Assembly (NCBI RefSeq): GCF_018350175.1 | Contig: NC_058368.1 | Coordinates: 86,802,001-86,866,000, forward strand | Origin: Felis catus | Lineage: Eukaryota | Length of the DNA: 64,000 nt | Reading direction: 5' to 3' | Part shown: positions 40,063 to 53,735 of the stretch, piece by piece | Layout of the letters: the number at the start of each line of letters is the position of its first letter | Position numbering within the stretch: the stretch's first letter is position 1 | The notes under the pieces: generated by a model | What the model was told of the DNA's origin: nothing | The model's database searches: none | What the model saw: the letters and a program-made list of their open reading frames with translations, nothing else | Made by a program: the position numbers and the translations under genes

Positions 40063-41744
40063 TCCTTTCATTTCTGATTTATTTATTTCTTTTTTAATTT
40101 GTTTTTTGGTTAGTTAAGGGTTGTCAATTTTGTTTGTCTTTTCACAAAACCAACTCTTATTTTTAATGATCTTTTCTATTGTGTTTTAAGTCTCTATTCC
40201 ATTTATCTCTACTCTGATTTTTATATTTATTTCTACTAATTTGATGTTTTGTTTATTCAGTTTCTAGTTCTTCTAGGTATAAAGTTGGATTGCCTGAGTC
40301 TTTTCTCCTTTCTTAAGGTAAGCCTATATTGCTAAGAACTTCTTTCTTGGAACTGCTTTTGCTGCATCTTGTACATTTTGGTACATTATATTTCTGTTTT
40401 CATTTTTCCCTAATATGTTTTAATGTTTGCTTTGATTTTTTGGATTACCCATTGGTTATTTAGTAGCATATCACTCAATCCTTACATTTTTGTGGTTTTC
40501 CCATTTTCTTCTTTAATTGTTTTTATTTTTTCAGAAAGGAACAGGGTTATTCAAGAGGACCCATTTCCTTCCTTAAACTAATTTCTAGTTTAATGCCTTT
40601 ATGGTGAGAAAATTATTTTATATGATTTTAATTTTCTTGATTTTACTAGTGCCTGTTTTGTGACCCAATATATACTCTATCCTGGAGAATATGTCATGTG
40701 TGCTGGAAAAGAATTTGTATTCTTCTGCTTTAGGATGGCATATTCTGCATATATTTATTAAGTCCATCTCATCTAATGTGTCTATAAAAGCTGTTGTTTC
40801 ATGATTATTTTTTTTTCTTAATGATTTATCCATTCATAATAGTGGGGAATGAAAGTCTCCTACTATTTTTATATTTTCAATTACTCATTTTAAGTCTTTT
40901 AATATTTGCTTTATATATTTTGGTGTCCCTATGTTGGGCGCATGGAGATTTACCAATGTTATATCTGCCTGCTGGATTAACATGTTTCTCAATATATAGT
41001 GCCAGGTTTTGTCTTGTGTTCCATTTTCAGTTTTAAAATTTATTTTGTCTGATATCACTATAGCCACTACAGTTTTTCTTTGTATTTTTTTTTAATTCTC
41101 ATTTGAATAGAGTGCCTTTTTTCATTCTTTCACTTCCAGCTTGTGTATATCCTTACTTCTAAAGTGAAACTCTGGTAAGCAGCAGGTGTATGGGTTGTTT
41201 TGTTTTGTTTTGTTTTATTTAATCCATTCAGCCATTCTATGGTCTTTAGATTTTATCCATGCAGCCATTCTATTTCTTTTGACCAGCAAATTTAGTCCAT
41301 TTGCATTTAAAGTAATTATTGATATTTTAATACTGTGATGTTGTTCTTGTTTTCCTGGCTGTTTTTGAAGTTTCTCTCTGTCATTTTCTTCTTTCCTCTC
41401 TTCCTTTGTGGTTTGATGACTTTCTTTAGTGTTATGCTGAGATTTATTTTTCAGTTTCATTTGTATATTTATGTTTTATTTTCCTTAGGGCTATTATGAA
41501 GTTTATATAAAATATCTTATGTAAATAGTTCTGTTTTAAGTTGTTAACAACTTGATTACATGCATTTCAAAGGTTTAGTCTTTACTTCTCCTTACACATT
41601 TTAGATATTTGATGATACATTAACATCTTTTTTTTTATTTTATGCTTCCCTTAACTAATTATTGTGATTTTAATTTATTTGTCTTTTCACTTATATGCTT
41701 GCTAAATACTGATCTACTAACATGGTTATATATTTACTTTTTCT

Positions 41745-41963
41745 TTTTTTATTTAAAAAAAATAATGTTTATTTTTGAAGGAGAGAGAGACAGAGAGTGA
41801 GTTGGGGGATGGGCAGAGAGAGAAGAAGACACAGAATCTGAAGCAGGCTCCAGGCTCTGAGCTGTCAGCACAGAACCTGATGCAGGGCTCAAACCCACAA
41901 ACTGGGAGATCATGACCTGAGCCGAAGTCGGACACTCAACCAACTAAGCCACCCAGGTGCTCC
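41745..41963 (-). mobile_element. Can-SINE
   Basis: Typical body; flanked by tatttactttt direct repeats. Confidence 0.95.
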
Positions 41964-42945
41964 TGTATTTACTTTTTCAAGTGAGTTTGCTTTTCCTGTC
42001 TTTCATGTTTCCTTACATTAATTAGTGCCATTTTTTTTTTCTCCTTAATGAAGTTACCTTAACATTTCTTGTGAGTCCAATATAGTCGTGATAAACTCCT
42101 TTAGCTTTTGCTTATCTGGAAAGTTCTTGGTTAAAGTTTTCTTTCTTTTTCTGTTTTGTTTTGTTTTTTCCATAACACTTTGAATAAGTCATGTCTCTCA
42201 CTTCAGCCTTCAGTTTCTGCAGAAAAACTTCTGAGAGGCTCATGTGGTTTCCCATGTATGTAAGGTCTTTTGTTTTGTTTTGTTTTGTTTTCCCATGATG
42301 CTTTTAGGATTCTCTCTTTATTCTAAAATGTTACCATTTTAATTATAATGTATTTTGATGTGGATCTCTTTGAGTTTATCTTATTTGGATTTCTCTGGGT
42401 TTCCTGGATTTGGATGTCTAATTCCTTCCTGAGATTAGACAAGTTTTCTGCTATCATTTCTTCAATTTTGTTTTCCTGTTCCTTTCTATTTCCCTTTGTT
42501 TACTGGCATCTTTGTAATTTTATTCTCCTTGATGTTATCCCAGTTGTCCCTTAAGGCATTTTTACTTACACCTCGTGTTTGTTTGTTGGTTTATTTGTTT
42601 GTTTTCTGCTGTGTCCAGGTTTCATTGTTTTGTCTTCCAGTTCACTGATTTGATATTCTATTTTATCCAGTTTGCTGTTAGACCATTGTGGTGTATTTTT
42701 CATTTCAGTTATAACTTCTGTTTGGTATTTTCTTACATTTTCTATCTCCTTAACTATCTTCTAACTATGTTTATTTACATGTGCTATGGCACATGAAGGA
42801 GTGGGGCTGGTTACTAGCCCAATGGTGAGGCATGGTTGTTTCAGGGTGTTGGTGGATAGGGCACTCTGCCTACTGTAACAAGCAAGAAATAAGGAGAGTT
42901 ATAAAACGGTATGGGCCTATGCTTATATTAGTGATGTAACCTGAG

Positions 42946-42989
<44 letters not shown>

Positions 42990-43704
42990 TCCTGCCAGTA
43001 TCACAGGTCCCCAGGAGAGTCTTTGCTATTTTTTGCTTCTCTGGCAGACTTCTTGAGCTTAGTAAATGGATCTCCTTTATCTTTGGTCTATATACATTTC
43101 AATAGTAAATGGATCTCCTTTATCTTTGGTCTATATACTTTTCAAATGTGTGTTTTTCTGGATTCTAGGTTGAGTGAGCCTATGTTTAAGCCCTTTAAAA
43201 GTGGGTTTTCCAGTACTTCCGGATTTATAATCTTCCTTATAGTAATCCCGATATATTTTCACAGCCCAGTGTTTTAGGGGCTCATCAATGTGCAGTATCA
43301 AAAGGTTGGTGTGCTTGATGGCAAGATTTAATCTTTCACTCCTTAGGGGAACATTCTGTACATTTGATGCATCCTTAATTGTGAATTGCCATGTTTTTCT
43401 TAATGTTTTTCTTAATGGGGTGTCTGTGTATTTGCCTCCTTTTCATTTCAATGTTGTCCAATTATATGTTGTTTTGAAGCATCTGTTTATTTAGTTTTTA
43501 GTCTCTTTCATTCCATATATAGTTATAGATTCATTGTGTCCTTGGCAGGAAGTGAATTCTGGATCTTACAAAAATGCAATGTTGAACCCAACTACATGAT
43601 TATTAATAACAAGTCAATTAGATTGATGTAATAGGGAGTATTGCTTATAAAATAAGTTTTTAATAATATTTTGAAAATTTATCTACTTAAAAATAGTTTC
43701 AATA

Positions 43705-46143
43705 ATTGTTTTTTTATTTACTTGTAAGTTAGTTAACATATAGTGTAATAACAATTTCAGGAATAGATTGTAGTGAATCATCATTTACATTTAGCACCCA
43801 GTGCTCATCCCAACAGGGCCTTCCTTAATGCCCATCACCCATTTAGCCTATCTTCCCACAAAGCACCCCTCAGTTTTTTTCTCTATACTTAAGGGTCTCT
43901 TATGGTTTCTCTACCTCTCTGTTTTTATCTTATTTTTGCTTCTCTTCCTCAATGTTCATCTATTTTGTTTCTTTTATTTATTTATTTATTTATTTATTTA
44001 AGGTTTATTTAATTTGAGAAAGAGAGAGGGCACTAGTGGGGGAGACGCAAGAGAGAGGGAAACACAGATTATGAGCAGGTTACAGGCTCTGAGCTGTCAA
44101 CACAGAACCCGATGCAGGGGTCAAACTCACAAATGGTGAGACCTGAGCCAAAGTTGGACACTTAACTGATTGAGCCACCCAGGTGCCCCTCATCTGTTTT
44201 GTTTCTTAACTTTCACATATGAGTAAAATAATATGATAGTTGTCTTTCTCTGTCTTATTTTGCTTAGCATAATACTCTCTAATTTCATCTATGTTTCAGC
44301 AAATGGCAAGATTTTATTATTTTTGATTGCTGAATGATATTCCATTGTAAAGATGATGTCATATGTACACTAGATCTTCTTTATCCGTTCATCAGTTCAT
44401 GGACATTTGTGCTCTTTATATATTGTGGCTATTGTCGAAAGTGCTGCTATAAACACTGGGGTGCATGTGACCCTTCGAATCAGCATTTTTGTATCCTTTG
44501 GATAAATGCCTATTAGTGCAATTGCTGAATCATGGGGTAGTTCTATTTTTTTTTTCATTTTTGGAGGAACATCCATTCTGTTTTCCAGAGTGCCTGTACC
44601 AATTAGCATTCCCACCAGCAATACAAAAGGGTTCCCCTTTCTCCACATCCTCACTAACATCTGTTTTTGACTGAGTTGTTTATGTTAGCCATTCTGACAG
44701 CTGTGAGTTGATATCTCATTGTGGGTTTTGATTTGTATTTCCCTGATGAGGAGTGATGTTGAGCATCTTTTCATGTGTCTGTTAGCCATCTGGTTGTCTT
44801 TTTCTGGAAAAGTGTTTATTCATGTATTTTGCCCATTTCTTCACTGGATTATTTGGTTTTAGGATGTTGAGTTTGATAAGTTCTTTATAGATTTTGGATA
44901 CTAACCTTCTATCTGGTGTGTGATTTGTAAATATCTTCTCCCATTCCATCAGTTGCTTTTTAGTTTTGCTGATTGTTTCCTTTACTTTGCATAATCATTT
45001 TATCTTGATGAGGTCCCAATAGTTCATTTTTGTTTTTGTTTCCTTTGCCTCTGGAGACATGTCTGGTAAGAAGTTGCTACAGCCAAGGTACAAGAGGTTG
45101 TTGCCTATTTTCTCTTCTAGGATTTTGATGCCTCCCTGTATTACGTTTAGACCTTTCATCCGTTTTATTTTTGTTTATGGTGAGAGAGTAGTCAAGGCTC
45201 ATACTTCTGCATGTTGCTGTCCAGTTTTCCCAGCACCATTTCCTGAGGTGACTGTCTTTTTTTCCATTGGATGTTCTTTCCTGTTTTGTCAATAAGTAGT
45301 TGGCCATACATTTGTGGGTCCATTTCTGTGTTTTCTATTCTGTTCCATTGAGCTATATACCTGTTTTTGTGCCAGTACCATACTGTCTTGATGATTACAG
45401 CTTTGTAATACAGCTTGAAGTCAAGAATTGTGATGCCTCTAGATTTGGTTTTCTTTTTCAACCTTAGTTTGGCTACTCAGGGTATTTTCTGGTAACATAC
45501 ATATTTTAGAATTGTGTGATCTATATCTGTGAAGAATGCTAGTGTTATTTTGATAAGGATTGCATTGAATGTGTAGATTGGTTTGGCTGGTATTGACATT
45601 TTAACAATATTTGTTCTTCCAATCCATGACCATGGAATGTTTTTTGATTTGTGTTTTCTTTAACTTTTTTCATTAGCTTTATATAGTTTTCAGTGTACAC
45701 ATTTTTCTCCTCTTTGGTTAAGTTTATTTCTAGGCATTTTATTTTGGGGGATAGGGGGCAATTGTAAATGGGATCGATTCTTTGATGTCTCTTTCTGCTA
45801 CTTCATTATTGGTATATAGAAATGCACCATTGTACATTGATTTTATATCTGTGACTTTGATGAATTCATGTATCAGTTCTAGCAGTTTTTGGTGATGTCT
45901 TTTAGGCTTTCACATAGAGTATTATGTTGTCTGTGAAGAATGAACGTTTGACTTCCTCCTTGAAGATTCAGATGACTTTTATTTATTTTTGTTTCTTGAT
46001 TGCTGAGGCTAAGACTTCAAACACTATGTTGGATAACACTGGTGATAGTGGACATCCCTGTTGTGCTACTGACCTTAGGGGGAAAGCTCTCAGTTTTTCC
46101 CCATTGAGGATGATATTATTTGTGCATCTTTTGTATATGGCCT
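43705..46143 (-). mobile_element. 5'-truncated LINE-1 with a nested Can-SINE (~43970-44190)
   Basis: ORF2 fragments 44397-46207 (QGCPLSP, WYWHKNR); SINE flanked by tcatct(a/g)ttttgtttctt duplication. Confidence 0.9.
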
Positions 46144-46194
46144 CTTCAACCACAATCAAGCAGAACACATTAATTACATAAAAAATGAATGAAC

Positions 46195-48036
46195 TGGGGA
46201 AATGCAAGATGGAAGAGTAAGAGGATCTTAAGCTTATCTCATTCCATACTTAGAGCTAGATATCAATCATATCCAAGGAAATAACCAGAAAGTGATCTAA
46301 AGACTGGCAGAACAAACTACATGATAAATGTAGAAAAGAAGCTGCATCTGAAAGGTTAGGAAGGACAGAAACAGTGGTCAGGAGCTGTCCACAGAAGGGA
46401 GGAAGCTCTTGTCATGGAGAGGGAAAAGCACCAAGGAGCCCATAGAGGGAAAACAAATCCCTGTAACATCTGGCTTTTAAAACCACAGGGACTGAATCCT
46501 ATAAGTTTGTATAGCCAATGGAGCTTAGAGCCTGGAGTTTTAAAAAGCTGACAGCACTGGGTGAACCAGAAGCATGACTGAGTCCCCATCCTTAGAAAGA
46601 CAACAACCCAAGGAGAGGCAACATACAAGCAACACCTTGCACAATGAGAGGAAAATCTGTTTATACTGATTTCAGAGCATGTTGGGAGACTTCATGGAGG
46701 CTAAAGGAGCTGGCAAGGACAATTTACCTCCCCTATCCACTGCATAAACACATAGCCACCTGTAGGAGGCAACACTACACAGACACTATGTAACTTGCTA
46801 GCAATGAGCTCACCCAGGTGCTCTTCTGAGGATATACCCTCTCCAAACATGCTGTCCTTGGTCCTGGGCTCCATGAAAATTTTGTTAACTCTACATATAC
46901 CTCCACCCAGCTTCTGTGTGCACGCACTATGCCCCCACAGCCACTACAGTTTGGGGGCCCTGGCCTAGGGCTAGCATCTCAATGCAAATCTTGATAATGC
47001 CATGCATGTGCCCTGCCCTGCTGATACCCTCACAGACACACCATGCCACTTGTCACCAACACTGCCACCATGTTCTATGACCCTGCCACCACCAGGCTGT
47101 GGGCTTCTGGACTAGGACAAGTGGCTCAGTGAAAGTTTTGCTAAAACCACCACCACACTTCTGAGCACTTCTGCTGTCATTTCCCATTAAAACTTGCCTG
47201 CCTGGATCTCAGTAACGTCAGAGAGAGCAAGCACAGCTTACAAAAGGCAAAGACTCAGTGCAGATGTCTGTAATGAAAGAAAAAGTGACTCAGACACAAT
47301 AACAAGATACAAGGAACATACATACAAGACCCCCACCTGAAGTTCCAGTTCCTGCTGAACAGGGGACCCTGCACTGCATGGCAATACAGGACCTGTTATT
47401 AATAAAACCACTACTTTTAAGAGCAAAAAACATGATTTTCCTAACCCACAGATATACACAGAGAGAGGTAGAGAAAATGAGTAGACAAAGAATGTGTCCC
47501 AAATGAAAGAACAGTATAAAATTACAGTAGGACATCTAAGGGAAAGGGAAAGAAGTAATATGCTTGATAACAAATTTTAAAGTAATGATCATAAAGATAA
47601 TCACTATACTTCAGAAAAGGGTAGAAGACCCCAGTGATACCCTTGGAAAAAGAAATAAGAAATAACATATCAGATATGAAGAACTCAAAAAATAAAATAA
47701 AATATATAATTGATTAAATAAATGGTAGCATTCAGGAAATAGAGGAACATATCAATGACCTAGGCGATGGAGTAATTTAAAGGAATCAAGCTGAACTGAT
47801 TAGAGAAAAGCAAATACTGCATAATGAGAGTAGACTTAGAGAACTACATGATTACATCAAGCACAATAACATTCACATTCACACCCAGAAAGAGAAAAGA
47901 GGAGAGGGGGCAGAAAATGTATTTGAATAGATAATAGCTGAAAACTTCTTGAATCTGGGGAGGTAAACAGAGACCCAAATACAAGAGGCACAGAGATTCC
48001 CCAACCAATTCAACCTAAACAAGTCACATATAATTA

Positions 48037-48082
<46 letters not shown>

Positions 48083-49528
48083 CACATAATTAAAATGGAA
48101 AACATAGTCATAAAGTAAGAGTTTTAAAATTTACAAATTTACAAGAGATAATAAGACAGTTACATACAAAGGAAACACCATAGAGTTATCAGTGGATTTT
48201 TCAGAAGAAAATTTGCAGGCCAGAGGAAGTGGCATGCTATATTCAAAGTGCTGAAAGGGAAAAATCTCACTAAGAAATACTCTATCCAGGAAAGATAACA
48301 TTGGGAATGGAAGAAAAGATAGTTTCTCAGAAGAACAAAAACTAAATAAGTTTATGACCACCAATTTAGCCCTAAAACAAATATTAAAGAAGACATCTTG
48401 AATGGAAAGGAAAGACCATAAACTAGAGTATGAAAATAGGAAATTCTATAAAAATCAAGCAGTTAAGGGATTCACAAAATAAAAGGATATAAAATATCCT
48501 GGAATATGGAGAGTAGAGGAGTAAAGAATGGGTTCAAACTTAAGTGGTCATCAACATAATATAGACTACTACATATAGAAGATGTTATATGCAAACCTAA
48601 TGATAACCATGATTGAAAAACGAGAAATAGATATGCAAGGAAAAAAGAGAAGGGAACCCAAGTATGTCACTAGAGAAATCCAGCAAACCACGAAAAAGAG
48701 CACAAGAAAAAAAAAATCAGATAAAAGCTATAGAAACAACCACAAAACAGCAACAAAATGGAAAAAAAATACCTATCAATAATTACTTTGAATATAAATG
48801 GATTAAATGCTCCAATAAAAAGACATAGGGCTATGGAATGGATGAAGACACAAAACCCATCTATATCCTACCTATAAGAGACTCATCTCAAACCTACCAA
48901 ATGCAGATTCAAAGTGAGGGTATGGGACACCTGGATGACTCAGTCAGTGGAGCATTCGGCTCTTGATCTCAAGATTATGAGTTCAAGCTCCACCTTGGTT
49001 GCAGAGATTACTTAAAAATAATGACTTAAAAAAGTGGGGATATGGGGCGCCTGGGTGGCGCAGTCGGTTAAGTGTCTGACTTCAGCCAGGTCACGATCTC
49101 GCGGTCCCTGAGTTCGAGCCCCGCGTCAGGCTCTGGGCTGATGGCTCAGAGCCTGGATCCTGCTTCCGATTCTGTGTCTCCCTCTCTCTCTGCCCCTCAC
49201 CCGTTCATGCTCTGTCTCTCTCTGTCCCAAAAATAAATAAACGTTGAAAAAAAAAATTAAAAAAAATTAAAAAAAAAGTGGGGATAGAGAAAAAAAATTG
49301 AGGGTATAGAGAAACATTTATCGCACAGATGGTTGTCAAAATAAAGATGGAGTAGCAATACTTATATGGAACAAAATAAACTTTAAAATGAAGTCTGTAA
49401 CAAACATAAAAAAAAGGAAACTATAAAATCATAAAGGGACAATCCAAAGAGAGGATATAAAAATTGTAAATATTTATGCACTCAACATGGAGGCACCCAA
49501 GTGCATAAAACAATTAAAAAATAACATA
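46195..49528 (+). mobile_element. LINE-1 5' part (5'UTR, ORF1, start of ORF2 EN)
   Basis: ggggaaatgcaagatggaagag start; ORF1-like atgagtagacaaagaatgtgtcccaaatgaaagaac (~47477); EN-like sequence 48760-49525. Confidence 0.85.
49044..49270 (+). mobile_element. Young felid SINE (SINEC_Fc-like); a short older SINE precedes it at ~48924-49025
   Basis: ggggcgcctgggtggcgcagtcggttaag...gggctgatggctcagagcc with many CpGs retained; TSD aaaaaagtggggata. Confidence 0.95.
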
Positions 49529-49529
49529 A

Positions 49530-50287
49530 AAACATTCCATCCAGCAAAACTATCATTTAGAATAGTAGGAGAATTAAAGACTTTCTTACAAGCAAAACCT
49601 AAAGGAATTCATGACCACTAAACTAAACAGCCCTAGAAAAATATTTAATATTTGATATTCTTTGAGTGGACAGGAAAATATTGTGAGAATATGAAAGTAA
49701 AAAACAAAACAATAAAAAACTAAAAAGGATTAAAAAATAGGATTCAAAGAATTCAAAGGATTCAAAAGGATTCAAAAAATAGAAGTTTATAAAATATGAT
49801 ATCAAATAACTGATTGTGGAGGGAGACGAGTAAAGAATGAGTTTAAAATTAAGTGATCCCAGGGCATTCGGGTGACTCAGTCAGTTAGGCTTCCAACTCT
49901 TGATTTCATGATCTCACAGTTGTAAGATCAAGAACTGTGTTGGGCTCTCCAATGGGCAGGGAGCCTGCTTAAGATTCTCTCTCTCCCTCACCCATTGCCC
50001 CTCCCCTGCTCATGCACGTGCACTCTATTTCTCTATGTCTCAAAAAATACATAAATAAATGTTAAAATTAGGTAATCCTCAGCTTAATATAGATTGTTAA
50101 ATGCGGAAGATGTTATATATATAAACCAAATAACCACAAATCCATAACTCAAGAATGAATATGCAAAAAATAAGTAGTAAGGCAGCTCATGAGGTTATAC
50201 AACAGACTTAATAGAACATAGAGAAGAAAATTGACCAATACATAGAGGGCTTTCAGACCTGGTCTGAGCCCAATAAAGTTGACTGTT

Positions 50288-50321
<34 letters not shown>

Positions 50322-52980
50322 TAAGGCATGCAGTATATCAATAATGAAAACAAGCAAACCAGGACAGAGAGAAAGAGAAGAAAATATAAGAGAAAAACTC
50401 CAAAAGTAACGACAAAATCAGTAACAAAATGGCAATAAATACATATCTATAAAAAATTAAGTTTATGAGAAAGAGACAGAGAGAGAGAGAGCACAAGTGG
50501 GGGAGGGGTAGAGAGAGAGGGAGACACAGAATATGAAGTAGGCTCCAGGCTCTGAGGTGTCACCACAGGCCCAACATGGGGCTTGAACTCACAACCATAA
50601 GATCATGACCTGAGCTGAAGTTGGATGCTTAATGGACTGAGCCACCTAGGCACCAAATACATATCTATCAATAATCACTTTGAATGCAAATGAACTAAAT
50701 GCTCCAATCAAATGACAGAGGGTGACAGAGTGAATTAAAAAAAAAAAAAGCCCATCCATATCCTGTCTAAAAAAGAGTCATTTCAGAACTAAAAACATCT
50801 GCAGATTGATAGCATGGGGATGGACATTCATTATGCGAATGGACATCAAAAGAAAGGCAGAGTAAAAGTTCTTGTTTCAAACAAATAGGCATTAAATCAG
50901 GGACAGTAGCAAGACACAAAGAAGGACACTATACAATCATTAGGGGACAATCCAGCAAGAACATATAACAATTATAAATATTATGTGCCCAAGAAGGGAG
51001 CTTACAAATATATAAAATAGTTAACAAATATAAACAAACTAATCAATGGTATTAAAATAATACCAGAGAACTTCAATACCACACTTACATCAATAGATTG
51101 AGCATCCAATCAGAAAATCAAGAAAGAAACAGTGGTTTTGAAGGACTCACTGGACCAGATAGATTTAACATATATATTCAGAACATTTCATCTTAAAAGA
51201 GCAGAATACACATATTTTCAAGGGCACATGGAACATTTTATAAAATAGATCACATACTAGTCCACAAAAAAAGCCTCAACACATTAAAAAAGATTGAAAT
51301 AATACTCATGCATCTTTTCTGATCACATTACTATAAAACAAGAAATCAAGCAGATGAATAAAATCTGGAAAGACTACAACTAAGTTGAGGTTAAATAAAA
51401 TGCTACTAAATATTGAGTGGGTCAACCGTGAAATCAAAGTAGAAATCAAAATCACATGGATACTAATGAAAATGAAAACACAATAGTCAAAAACTTTGAG
51501 ATGAAGCAAAAACATTCCTAAGAGGGAAGTTTATAGCAATACAGGCCTCAAAAAGCATAAAAATCTCAAATAAACAGCTAACCTTCACCTAAAAGAGATA
51601 GACAAATAACAACAAAGCCCAAACCCAGAATAAGGAAGGGAAAAATCAAGATTAGAGCAGAAATAAATGATATATAAACAAACAAACAAAAACAATAGAA
51701 CAGATAATGAGACCAGGAGCTGGTTCTTTGAAATGCATCTATAAAATTGATAAACCTCTAACCAGCCTTGTCAAAAACAGAAAATAAAGCATTCAAATAA
51801 ACAAAATCACAACTGAAAGAGGAAAAATAGCAACACCACCACAAAAATACTAACAATTGTAAAAGTATATTATGAAAACTGACACGCTAACAAATTGGGC
51901 GATTTAGAATAAGTGGTTTAATTCCTAGAAACAGATAACTTACTAAAACTAAAGCAGTAAGAAATAGAAAATCTGAACAGATCAATTCCAGCACGGAGAT
52001 TAAATCAGTAATCAAAAAAAAAAAAAATCCAAAAACAGAAGTCCAGGACCAGAAAGTTTCACAAGTGAATTCTACCAAACATTTAAGAGGTACTACCTAT
52101 TCTCAAACTGTTCCAAATAAATAGAAGAAGAAAACCTTCCAAATTCATTCCATGGCACTCCTATCACTCTGATACCAAAACTAAATAAAGACACCACAAA
52201 AAAAGAACTAAAGGACAATATATCTGGTGAATACAGAGGCAAAAGTACTCAACAAAATGCTAGCAAACTGAATTCAATAATTCATTTTAAAATAATCATT
52301 TAACAAGATCAAGTGGGATTTAATTCCAAGGTGCCTGTGAATCTTGGTTGAGCATCCAACTCTTGATTTTGGCTCTGGTCATGATCTCACAGTTCATAGC
52401 TTCAAGTGCCACATCATGCTGTGAGCTGACAGTGCAGAGCCTGATTGAGATTCTCTCTTTATTCCTCTTTCTCTACCCCTCCTTTGCTCATATGCTGTCT
52501 CTCTTGCTCTGTCTCTCTCTGTCTCTCAAAATAAATAAACTTTAAAAAGGAAAAATGTATATATATATTTATATAATGAATAAAATGAAATCAGCAATAA
52601 AAAAGTGAAATCTTGCCATGTGCAATGACATGGATGGAGTTAGAGATTCTTATGCTAACTGAAATAGGTTAGAGTAAGACAAATACCATATGATTTCACT
52701 CATATGTGGAATTTAAGAACAAAACAAATGAACACAGTGAAGAAAAAAGAACAGAGAGGAAACAGGAGACAGTCTCTTAATTACAGAAAACAAACTGAAG
52801 GTGACCAAAAGGGAGGTAGGTTGGGGATTGGTTAAATAGGTGATGGTGATGAAGGAGTGAACTTATGCTAAGTACTTCGTGATGTACAGAATTATTAAAT
52901 CACTTTGCTTTACCCTTGAAACTAACACTGTATGTTAATTAAACTAAACTACCTTTTAAAAAAATTAAAAGATAAAAATA
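49530..52980 (+). mobile_element. Second LINE-1 (end of ORF1, ORF2 5' half, 3'UTR) with nested SINEs at ~49862-50065 (+), 50455-50655 (-) and 52328-52550 (+)
   Basis: Restarts at ORF1 C-terminus (ccagcaaaactatcatttagaat); EN and linker to gatcaagtgggattt (52320); 3'UTR 52560-52980. Confidence 0.85.
50183..50319 (+). pseudogene. RPL13A: Processed pseudogene fragment, 3' end of ribosomal protein L13a mRNA
   Basis: cagctcatgagg...gagaagaaaattgaccaatac..gagg...ctggtcTGAgcccAATAAAg matches the recalled RPL13A end (QLMRL..EKKIDKYTEV..LV*); 28-A tail; flanking gtaaggca repeats. Confidence 0.85.
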
Positions 52981-53579
52981 AAGATTTCCAGAAATAGAAT
53001 CATTGAATATTTGCATTTTCTAAGAACTCAGAAAAACAAAACAAAACAAAAACCCTCACATTAATATTTGTGAGGAAATATCTCTTTTACCCCATCCAAG
53101 ATCTTTATTAAATTATAAAGTTACTTAAATCAAACGCTTGAAAATATTTTGAAACCTCCATTTAGAAAGTTCTTTTCTTCTTGAAGTAGCCCTAAGTACT
53201 CAAGAGAGTGTAAAATTATCGCCTTTTCCCAGAAGATTCACACACACATAACTAATTACTTAATAGCAAATTGTTTTCAGTATGGAGATCACTAAGAGAG
53301 AGATTGAGATGGAGAAAATGTAAAGTACCAAAAGTAAAATTGAATGTAGCTAAGACAGGAGTGGATCAGAAGGAAAGGAAAAACAAAAGAAAACAAAACA
53401 AAATAAAAAACATAGAAAGACTAAGAATAAGTTTCAAAGACTATGGAAGATTATCTAATTAAACAATACTGAGTATTAAGAGAATGTTGTATAAAATGAT
53501 GAGGTAACCAAATTTTTTAAAAAAAGAAAGAAAGATTACAATAGAAACACAGTATTTTTAAATTAATAATATCACGGCA

Positions 53580-53582
53580 TAA

Positions 53583-53631
<49 letters not shown>

Positions 53632-53735
53632 AAAGAAAGAAAAGAAGAGAAAAGGAAAGGAAAGGAAAGGAAAGGAAAGGAAAGGAAAGGAAAGGAAAGG
53701 AAAGGAAAGAAAAGAAAAGAAGAGAAGAGAAAAAT
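53580..53735. repeat. (GAAA)n/(GGAAA)n compound microsatellite
   Basis: Direct inspection. Confidence 0.95.

Larger units (their letters stand above)
36878..43590 (-). mobile_element. Near full-length older LINE-1, decayed
   Basis: ORF2 EN remnants 40618-41067 (FSRIEYILGHK, NLHAPN); ORF1/5'UTR remnants 42000-43580; TA-rich tract 36893-37175; (CT)/(CTTT)n 37985-38135. Confidence 0.85.

Noticed and set aside
49044..49130. tRNA gene
   Set aside because: tRNA-derived head of a Can-SINE followed by SINE body and tail
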